DNA of 32,000 nucleotides, taken from assembly GCA_028279805.1 (NCBI GenBank), contig JANQMZ010000007.1, forward strand, positions 510,001 to 542,000, in the 5' to 3' direction. This DNA comes from an archaeon. GTDB taxonomy: Archaea; Iainarchaeota; Iainarchaeia; Iainarchaeales; JANQMZ01. This document shows positions 24,139-31,243 of the stretch, piece after piece. The translations under genes and the position numbers were made by a program. The first letter of the stretch is position 1. Every line of letters begins with the position of its first letter. Below the pieces are notes generated by a model. The model saw only the letters and a program-made list of their open reading frames with translations, was not told the DNA's origin and ran no database searches.

Positions 24139-27100
24139 CCTGAATCACTCACCGTATCAGTAAAAATGCTGTAAAAATAACTTGTTGCCCTTACATCTTC
24201 ATTTGTCATTGTAAAATTGTACACCTGAGTGTTTCTTGACTCATCAAAAGGATAAGAACCTATTAAAGAACGGTTTTCAAGCCATACAACAATGTTTTGT
24301 TCAGACGCTTGCGCTGTAAAAGAAACAGATTTAACATCACTTGACTGCAAATTGTTTTGGGTTAAATAATCATCAAATTGTTTAAAAGCATCAAAAGGAG
24401 CAAGTTCCCTTGTCTGCCCCCTGAACAAGCCTTGTTGAGGATAATTTTCAGTATCTTCATCAACAGAATCATCTTTTAACACTACAATCATTTTAACAGT
24501 TGTGTCAAAAAACAAGCTTTCCTCAGTGTCAATTTCAGGCGTCAAATCGGTTATTGAAATCTTTGATGGTTCGCTTGTCGAAGCTTCAGCTGGCTCATCC
24601 GAATCAGTAAAGCACTTGTTTGTAAAAAAACCTGTTTCCCTTTTTTCTCCCAGTTCCAGGTTTATCCTGTAACTGTCCATTGAAAAACAATTATTTGGAT
24701 CTGTAACAAAAGCTTCAATGTCTTTTGCCAAAACCGGTGTTTCATTTTGAGCAAATCTTCCAAAAATTTTCACGGGAAACAATCCAGTTGTAGCAAGAGT
24801 GTTTGGCTGCAAATCAGATGAAACTGTAACAGTTTTTGATTCTGCATTGTTTAAAGAAAATTCTTCTCCAACATCAGGACTTGTAACCAAATCACTGCCT
24901 ATTGACAAAAATATTTCCTGAGAACATGATGAAAAAATTATAAAGTTTTCAGAGCCCTGCCTTTCAACTGAAACAGTTTCCTTGTCATAAGTCAGACAAC
25001 TGAACAAAGTGTTTTCAGATGAAGATGACTGAACGTCAAGAGTTTCATTATAAGTTCTGAAGCCCGATTTTGTTGCTCTGAATAAAATTTGCTGACCATA
25101 AGCACCCAAATTTGTTAACTCATTTTCAGGAATTGTAAACTCTCCCGCATCATTGCTTTCATGATTCCCTGTTATCTGGGTTGAATCCAGAGCAAACAAT
25201 GCAATCGTTGCACCTTCAACAGGTTCTGATTGTTCATCTGTAATTGTTCCTGAAATAAGAGGCTGGTTAACCGGTTCAACGGTTTCAGGCAGACCATTAA
25301 CAATTAATTCTTCAGAAGAAAGTGTTTTGAAAAAAATTGAAAACCTGTCATTTACTGAATTTCCCGAATCAAAATCAAATTTTAATTCAACATTGTCTTT
25401 TTCCTCAGAACCCTTAATGTTAAAAATGCCTGAATGAAAATTTTCATGGTTAATGGTTTCATTATTAAAAACAGTGAATTTTCCTGTCGGAACATTTTCC
25501 GGCGGGTTTAGCCAGATTGAAAAAATTTTGCTTGAAACACTTGAAGCATTTTCTTCAGTTTTTAAAGAAGCATTTGAAAAATCCTGTTCAGAACAATTAA
25601 ACGCAGAATAGCCTATTTGGTAAGGCTGTTTTACCGCAACTGAGGAAATGTTTCTTGAGCCTGTTAACAAAATGTTAGGGTTTTTGTCAGAATTTTGAGG
25701 CAATTCCTTTCCGGGATTTATTGAAAACTGCCATAACAAATCTTTTGATGAGGGAAAACACAAAACTTTTCCCATTTCAAAAACTTCAAGATGTGTTCCG
25801 GTTGAAGGGTCAAAAAGGGTGTTGCCTGAAACACTTGTAACGGCTGCATGCCTTAACTGTAATTTTTCAGTGGCATTTTTTTCAATTTCCAGTTCAGCAA
25901 TAATTGGAACAATTACAGGTCCTGAAATTAAATTAAAATTAATCAAGGATGATTTGGAGTTTTCACCCGGTGTTGTGTTTTTGCATCCCTGTTCATCTGA
26001 TGTAAAAAACTGGTCGGATGAATTAAAACAATTTGAAAGGGAAATGTCATCGGATAAAGCTGACTGAACATTTTTTAACGCAATTTTATAACCGGAATTT
26101 GGAATTTTGTTCTGAGATTCCAAGCCGACACGAATGTGCTGAATTAAATCAGTGTAAACGGAATCTTTTTGCATTATTAACAAAAATTTTGCAAAAACTT
26201 TTTGGTCCTGGTTTAATGATTCAATTATTGGAACCTGCCTCTGGCAATCCGAATCAAAGCATAAATATTCAAACCAGCTTAACAAATCAGAGTCAGGCAA
26301 ATCATCAAGGTCTTTTTCTGCCCACAATTCTATTGTGATTTTTTGAGTGTTTTTTTTCAAAACCGTTACAAGAGTGTTGGAATAAGATGAAATATATTCA
26401 GAAGCCGAAGCCTTAACATAAAAATTTTCACCAGCCTTCAAGTCAATTGAAGTGCATAACCCTTTTGAATCAGTTGTACATGAATCTTTTTCCGTGTCCG
26501 TTTCCGATTCAAAAAAAGTTACGGTTGCTCCGGAAACCGGTTCAGCTGTTTTATGGTCAACAATTAATGCTTCAATAAATCCTGTGCCTTTTTCCATTCT
26601 GATCTCAAAAGATTCTGTTTCACCCGCAGAAATTTCTTTATCATCTGACACTCCTTCCTCATTTCCTTTTTTTGCATTAACAAAATAATCCCCTTGAGGC
26701 AAAAACACATCGGAAAAAGAATAGGTTCCGTCTTCAAGCGTTAATTCACCCAAAGGATTGCTTATAACAACGCCAAAACTTGCTTCATGCAAAAAAACCA
26801 GTGCATTTGAAGCTGTTTCACCGGATTCTGAAAAAACGGTAACATCAGCCAAACCATAATTTTGATTCACTTTGTCAACTTTTTCAATTTCAATTTGTTC
26901 CGGGTTTTCAGGAATTGTGTCAAAAACCGGAAGTTTTTGAACTTTTAGAAAATAATCTTCAGCAGAAACAACAGCAATAATATCCTCATTTTGAATGTTT
27001 CCAACCGCAAAAGCTTTTGAGCCTTTTAAAGCAGAAAAACTTTTCAAAAAAACAGTGTTTTTGAAAAGACGCACATTTGAGGCAATGTTTTGTTTTGATT

Positions 27101-28142
27101 CAGAGTCAATTACCTCAAAAAAAACACGTTTTCCTTTTTCAATCGTTACAGTTATGTCAGTCCTTAAACCTGCATTAACCTGTACTCCCTCAGATTCGCC
27201 AAAAGCACCGGCATCAGTCGAAGCTGTTACAATATATGAACCGGGAGGAACATTTTCAAATAATTTGTCACCGGACTGGGTTGACTGTGTTTCCTGAAAA
27301 GGAGTTCCTGTAACAGAATCTGACACTGTTATGTCGGCGGATTGCACCGGAAGATTCTGAGAGTCAACAACTTTTACGTACAAAGAACCTGTTAAATTTT
27401 CAACATTTTTTGACAAATTAATAAAAGTTTCTTTTCTGGTTATTTTTTTTGAAGCTGAATCAAAACCGGAAGCTGAGGCTGTTACAGATAAATCCGAACA
27501 ATTTGAAACTGAAAAATTAAAAATTCCGTCAGCTCTTGTTAAAGGACTTGGAGATTCGCCCGAAGAACATGTAAAAGTTAATGTTACGGATGTTTCTCCC
27601 GGCCAGTTTCTTCCGTTTTCAACAACTCTCACAGTGCATCCGTCTGAACCGCAGACATCTGACAGCATAAAAGCTCCGGATGTTAGGGTTATTTCCTGAA
27701 CATTGTTTGCGGATAACAATAACAGCCTGTTAAACATCGGAAAATTTTCTTTTTCAACAGAAACATCTGCTTCAATTTCCGATTCGGGGATTGAAACAGA
27801 AACAAAACCAAAAGAATCTGTTGTTAAGTCGTGCTGCGTGTCATTGAAAAAAATTTTTACATTTGCTCCTTCCACAGGATTGCCGTCAGAGTCAACAACT
27901 TTTAATGCTGCTGTAAAACCAAATCCTGCAAAATTAAAAAAATAAAAAGCCAGGCCTGTTACAAGCACTGATAAGCCAAAAAACAATAAAAGGCTTGGAA
28001 CTATTCTGTCAATGGGGTCAATTATTTCATAAACAGGAACATATTGGTTTATTTTATCCAGAAAATCATACCATTTGTCTTCAATTTTGTAATAAAAATC
28101 CTTAATTTTATCAAAGGGACCTGATGTTGATTCATCTGCCAT
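24135..28142 (-). CDS. giant N-terminally anchored surface protein with repeated carboxypeptidase-regulatory-like (CarboxypepD_reg/Big-type) beta-sandwich modules
   Basis: 1335-aa ORF.
- An acidic/aromatic cytoplasmic head (FYYKIEDKWYDFLDKINQYVPVYEIIDPIDRI) with no signal peptide, then one TM helix (SLLLFFGLSVLVTGLAFYFF).
- Repeated modules of the type LKVVDSDGNPVEGANVKIF, LYVKVVDSQNLPVQSADITV...PPGSYIVTAS, IEALIVDHKTAEPVSGATVTFFE...GENFYVKASA and ISGTITDEQSEPVEGATIALFA.
- More than 15 N-x-S/T sequons. Confidence 0.8.
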   Translation of the reverse strand: MADESTSGPFDKIKDFYYKIEDKWYDFLDKINQYVPVYEIIDPIDRIVPSLLLFFGLSVLVTGLAFYFFNFAGFGFTAALKVVDSDGNPVEGANVKIFFNDTQHDLTTDSFGFVSVSIPESEIEADVSVEKENFPMFNRLLLLSANNVQEITLTSGAFMLSDVCGSDGCTVRVVENGRNWPGETSVTLTFTCSSGESPSPLTRADGIFNFSVSNCSDLSVTASASGFDSASKKITRKETFINLSKNVENLTGSLYVKVVDSQNLPVQSADITVSDSVTGTPFQETQSTQSGDKLFENVPPGSYIVTASTDAGAFGESEGVQVNAGLRTDITVTIEKGKRVFFEVIDSESKQNIASNVRLFKNTVFLKSFSALKGSKAFAVGNIQNEDIIAVVSAEDYFLKVQKLPVFDTIPENPEQIEIEKVDKVNQNYGLADVTVFSESGETASNALVFLHEASFGVVISNPLGELTLEDGTYSFSDVFLPQGDYFVNAKKGNEEGVSDDKEISAGETESFEIRMEKGTGFIEALIVDHKTAEPVSGATVTFFESETDTEKDSCTTDSKGLCTSIDLKAGENFYVKASASEYISSYSNTLVTVLKKNTQKITIELWAEKDLDDLPDSDLLSWFEYLCFDSDCQRQVPIIESLNQDQKVFAKFLLIMQKDSVYTDLIQHIRVGLESQNKIPNSGYKIALKNVQSALSDDISLSNCFNSSDQFFTSDEQGCKNTTPGENSKSSLINFNLISGPVIVPIIAELEIEKNATEKLQLRHAAVTSVSGNTLFDPSTGTHLEVFEMGKVLCFPSSKDLLWQFSINPGKELPQNSDKNPNILLTGSRNISSVAVKQPYQIGYSAFNCSEQDFSNASLKTEENASSVSSKIFSIWLNPPENVPTGKFTVFNNETINHENFHSGIFNIKGSEEKDNVELKFDFDSGNSVNDRFSIFFKTLSSEELIVNGLPETVEPVNQPLISGTITDEQSEPVEGATIALFALDSTQITGNHESNDAGEFTIPENELTNLGAYGQQILFRATKSGFRTYNETLDVQSSSSENTLFSCLTYDKETVSVERQGSENFIIFSSCSQEIFLSIGSDLVTSPDVGEEFSLNNAESKTVTVSSDLQPNTLATTGLFPVKIFGRFAQNETPVLAKDIEAFVTDPNNCFSMDSYRINLELGEKRETGFFTNKCFTDSDEPAEASTSEPSKISITDLTPEIDTEESLFFDTTVKMIVVLKDDSVDEDTENYPQQGLFRGQTRELAPFDAFKQFDDYLTQNNLQSSDVKSVSFTAQASEQNIVVWLENRSLIGSYPFDESRNTQVYNFTMTNEDVRATSYFYSIFTDTVSDSG

Positions 28143-28153
28143 AAAAAACGCCC

Positions 28154-28171
28154 AAAATTAATAACTTTATT
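28154..28171 (-). promoter_or_regulatory. candidate TATA-like box for the giant-protein operon
   Basis: On the minus strand aataaagttattaatttt lies 12-29 nt upstream of the ATG at 28142. No SD box lies between it and the ATG, which fits a leaderless or very short-leader mRNA. Confidence 0.3.
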
Positions 28172-28195
28172 GAATAGATTAGTGAATTTGTTTAT

Positions 28196-28216
28196 TAAAA
28201 AGTTTGCCTTTGAGGC
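28196..28216 (-). terminator. possible hel308 terminator: short GCCT/AGGC hairpin followed by a T5 run
   Basis: Minus strand, 15 nt after the hel308 stop: GCCTCAAAGGC aaac TTTTT. The stem is only 4 bp. Oligo-T is the main archaeal termination signal. Confidence 0.3.
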
Positions 28217-28230
28217 ATTAAAACAGCTTA

Positions 28231-30321
28231 TTATTGCTTTAATTGTTTTTTAACTGATTCTGCAACAACATCACTTTTGACTGCTCTTGACAAATCTTTA
28301 ACATCAGTTTTTTTAACATCTGTTAAAGTTTTTATTCCGCTGTTGTATAAACGTCTTGCCCTGACCCGGCCTATTCCTTTTAATTCAACCAGCTGCAATA
28401 ATTCTTCTTTAACCCCGCTTTTAAGTCTTTTTCTTATTTTTAAAATTTCAGGAATTTGTTTTTCCAGTTTTAATATTTTGGCTAACTCAATTGAAGCATA
28501 GGAAAGCCAGTCACATCTTTCCAGTTTTGTTCTTAAAATTCCCGGGGCAACACCAAACTTGTTCATTAATTCTTGCTCCCGGACTTCATTAATCCAGTCT
28601 TTTAACATTAAAGTTGAATAAAATTTTTCAACAAAATTTTGGTCCAAAAACTGTTCAGTGTCAACATCAAAAGGCAGTTTTTCATTAAAAGAATATAATT
28701 CTTCCAGTACAGAAGCTTCATCTTTTCTTGGCACATTAACCCATGGAAAAAATTCATTAGCTGAAGCTAACATATAAAGCGTGAAAAAACTGTTCAGTTT
28801 TTTATGCAAATATTCAATAATTTTTTTGGCAGAAAAAGGGTCAAGATACAAATCTGAAACTCTTCTTCCCACAGGGGTTATGAAAAATTTTTTGCCTTTA
28901 ATTGTAACAAATTTTAATTCTTCAAGTTCTTCAACCAGTTTTAACAATTTTTTAACCAGAGAATCAATGTTCTGATGTTTTGCATAAAAAGTTTTGGAAA
29001 AAAAATCTTTTAAGGAAACAGAGTCAAAAACAAATTCAGAGGAAATTAAGGCCAGCAAATGTGTTCTTAAAACTGATTCGTTTGACAACTGGCTTTCAAC
29101 TTCTTCCGGTGTTCCCAGAATAAAATTTTCAACAAGCAAATCTTTTTCCGATTCATGTTTTGCTATTAAAATTGATTCCCCTGAAGAATCATATTTTGGC
29201 CTGCCGGCCCTGCCTGCAATCTGCTTATATTCCGATACTTTAATGCGCTGCATTCCGTACTGGGAATAACGATACAAAGACGGAATAATAACACGAAAAG
29301 CAGGAATATTGATTCCTGCAGCAAGTGTGGGTGTTGAACAGATTACCTTTATTTTGTTTTGACGAAAAGATTCTTCAATTAAGTTTCTTTGTTTTGACAC
29401 CAAACCTGCATGATGAAATGCTACACCATTTTCACAATAAGATGACAATTTTTTGCATTGTTCTGTTGGAGATTCTAACGCATTTTTGATTTGAACTGAT
29501 TCTCTTTCAAGCATTTTTTTGTCTTTCGGCGTTAAAAGAGAGTAAACTGATGCAGACAAAGTTTTTGCAAAATTTTCCGCATTTCTCCGCGTATTGGCAA
29601 AAACTAATGCCTGTTTTTGTTTTTTTATTGTATCCAAAACAATTGAAACGGTTGCATTTTTTTCATCCTCAAGTTTTTCATCTTCATTTAGAAAAAAAAT
29701 TTTATTGTTTAAAAAAACACCCTCCTTTAATTCAACCGGCCTGAAATCACTTTGCACCAGTTCAGCGTCAAGCCACTCTGCTATTTCCATTGAATTTGGA
29801 ATTGTTGCAGATAAGCCGATTATTTTTAGTTCAGGGTTTAATGCTTTTAATTTTGTTATAACCATTTCCAAGGTTGGCCCCCTGTTGGAATCCAGAGTGT
29901 GAATTTCATCCACTATGAGCAAGCCAACATCCTTAAGCCATTCAGCATTATGCCTTATCAAAGAATCAATTTTTTCATTTGTTGCAAAAATCAAATCATA
30001 ATTTTTTAAATATTTAGAAGAAGAATCAAAGTCGCCTGTTGATAAAGCCATTTTTATTTTCAAAGACTTTGAATATTTTTGTTTTAAATCCTTAAAATGT
30101 TCAGAAGCCAATGCACGTAAAGGGCATGTGTAAATTACTTTCTTTTTTTTGTTGATGATTGAATTTAATGCTGCTAATTCGGCTATAATTGTTTTGCCTG
30201 AGGATGTTGGTGAAGAAACAATTAAACTTTTTTCAAATAATTTGGCGTTTAAAGCCTGCTGCTGCACTGTGTTGAATTGTTTGAACGAATTTAATTGCAG
30301 TACTTTTTCCTGAATGTTCAT
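28231..30321 (-). CDS. hel308: Hel308 / Ski2-like DNA repair helicase (SF2)
   Basis: 696-aa ORF with motif I SSPTSSGKT, motif II VDEIH, motif III SAT and motif VI QIAGRAGRP. The C-terminal helix-hairpin-helix domain 5 (LKGIGRVRARRLYNSGIKTLTDV) is characteristic of Hel308. Confidence 0.9.
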   Translation of the reverse strand: MNIQEKVLQLNSFKQFNTVQQQALNAKLFEKSLIVSSPTSSGKTIIAELAALNSIINKKKKVIYTCPLRALASEHFKDLKQKYSKSLKIKMALSTGDFDSSSKYLKNYDLIFATNEKIDSLIRHNAEWLKDVGLLIVDEIHTLDSNRGPTLEMVITKLKALNPELKIIGLSATIPNSMEIAEWLDAELVQSDFRPVELKEGVFLNNKIFFLNEDEKLEDEKNATVSIVLDTIKKQKQALVFANTRRNAENFAKTLSASVYSLLTPKDKKMLERESVQIKNALESPTEQCKKLSSYCENGVAFHHAGLVSKQRNLIEESFRQNKIKVICSTPTLAAGINIPAFRVIIPSLYRYSQYGMQRIKVSEYKQIAGRAGRPKYDSSGESILIAKHESEKDLLVENFILGTPEEVESQLSNESVLRTHLLALISSEFVFDSVSLKDFFSKTFYAKHQNIDSLVKKLLKLVEELEELKFVTIKGKKFFITPVGRRVSDLYLDPFSAKKIIEYLHKKLNSFFTLYMLASANEFFPWVNVPRKDEASVLEELYSFNEKLPFDVDTEQFLDQNFVEKFYSTLMLKDWINEVREQELMNKFGVAPGILRTKLERCDWLSYASIELAKILKLEKQIPEILKIRKRLKSGVKEELLQLVELKGIGRVRARRLYNSGIKTLTDVKKTDVKDLSRAVKSDVVAESVKKQLKQ

Positions 30322-30344
30322 ATTTTAATTCAATCCTTAAATGC

Positions 30345-30578
30345 TTAAATTGTTTCTTCTTTCAATGACAAATGTTCATATGCTTTGTTTAAAGCTAAAA
30401 CTGCTTTTGGAATATCGTTAATTCTTAAAGAGTTTGTTGATTTCCATTCATCATTTTTGTCTTTATAGTTTCTGCTTATGCTGATAGTATTGTATTTCCC
30501 GCCTTGCTTGTTTTCATTTTCCCAAACAGCAACATTTAAGCCGCCTGCAGTAAACTTTTGAACCGGTTTTTCACTCAT
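30345..30578 (-). CDS. small protein, possibly a PC4/YdbC-like single-stranded nucleic-acid-binding fold
   Basis: 77-aa ORF with a strong SD (GGGGGTGAAAAA before the ATG). Its pattern is a beta-rich core (LNVAVWENENKQGGKYNTISISRNYKDKNDEWKST) followed by a helix (INDIPKAVLALNKAYEHL). This resembles PC4-like proteins by eye only. Confidence refers to the CDS plus the family guess; the CDS itself is more certain. Confidence 0.45.
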   Translation of the reverse strand: MSEKPVQKFTAGGLNVAVWENENKQGGKYNTISISRNYKDKNDEWKSTNSLRINDIPKAVLALNKAYEHLSLKEETI

Positions 30579-30659
30579 TTTTTCACCCCCAAAATAATAC
30601 TAAATAATGTATTTTGAGGTGTTTTAAAATTCAACGAGAGTGAATTTCCGCTGAATTTT

Positions 30660-31199
30660 TTAACTCAGCCTTGGGTCCCCGGAATAATCTGGGGCAATTT
30701 TACATCTTCCGGTTTCAATGTCTTCTGAGTTTAATAATCTGTCAAGTTTTCCGTCACAAATGAAAGTGCTTCTGTCAACTCCGCATAAGCTGAATGTTTT
30801 ATCTGCGCTGGGACTATAATAATATTTGAATGGGAGAATTTCTTTTGGAAAAAATTTAATTCCCTCTGCTTCATCAATGTAAACAATTTCCAAATCAGGA
30901 AAATCTTTTTGAATTCTGCTTGCAGAACCGGGGTCATGTAATCTGTCATAAGCATCATCAATATTTTCCTGTAGTTCAGCGGACAAAGGAAGTTGTTCAG
31001 GTTCTTGAACAATTTCTTCTTTAACAGATTGTTCTTCAACAACAGGTTCTGATAATGTAGTTTCCGGTTCTTCATTCACAGGCAAATTTTGAGATAAAGA
31101 AGATTTTTGATCAGTTTGCTGAATTTGAGTTGTTGTGCACCCAGTTAAAAAAATTAAAATTGCTATTCCAAATAAAAAGCTGTTATTCATCGTGTACAT
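30660..31199 (-). CDS. putative secreted lipoprotein with an acidic linker and a Cys-containing C-terminal domain
   Basis: 179-aa ORF. The signal sequence ends in the lipobox-like LTGC (FGIAILIFLTGCTTTQ). A Glu/Pro/Gln-rich low-complexity linker follows, then a C-terminal domain with three Cys residues. Confidence 0.6.
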   Translation of the reverse strand: MYTMNNSFLFGIAILIFLTGCTTTQIQQTDQKSSLSQNLPVNEEPETTLSEPVVEEQSVKEEIVQEPEQLPLSAELQENIDDAYDRLHDPGSASRIQKDFPDLEIVYIDEAEGIKFFPKEILPFKYYYSPSADKTFSLCGVDRSTFICDGKLDRLLNSEDIETGRCKIAPDYSGDPRLS

Positions 31200-31243
31200 T
31201 ATTCAAAACCGGTTTATAATATTTTTGTAATGGTTTTGAAAGC

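Noticed and set aside
19328-28142. Elevated GC of the giant-protein operon as evidence of a horizontally acquired genomic island.
   Set aside because: The same GC rise occurs in the SecD ectodomain, so it tracks the Lys-poor, acidic/Ser/Thr/Gly-rich composition of exported domains. No integrase, tRNA, direct repeats or other island boundaries are present, and the SD boxes and overlap style match the rest of the window.
30627-30647. Inverted repeat AAATTCA-N7-TGAATTT downstream of the lipoprotein gene as a terminator or regulatory hairpin.
   Set aside because: A 7-bp stem that is almost entirely AT is expected by chance in this composition and would be only marginally stable. The adjacent T-run alone could explain termination.
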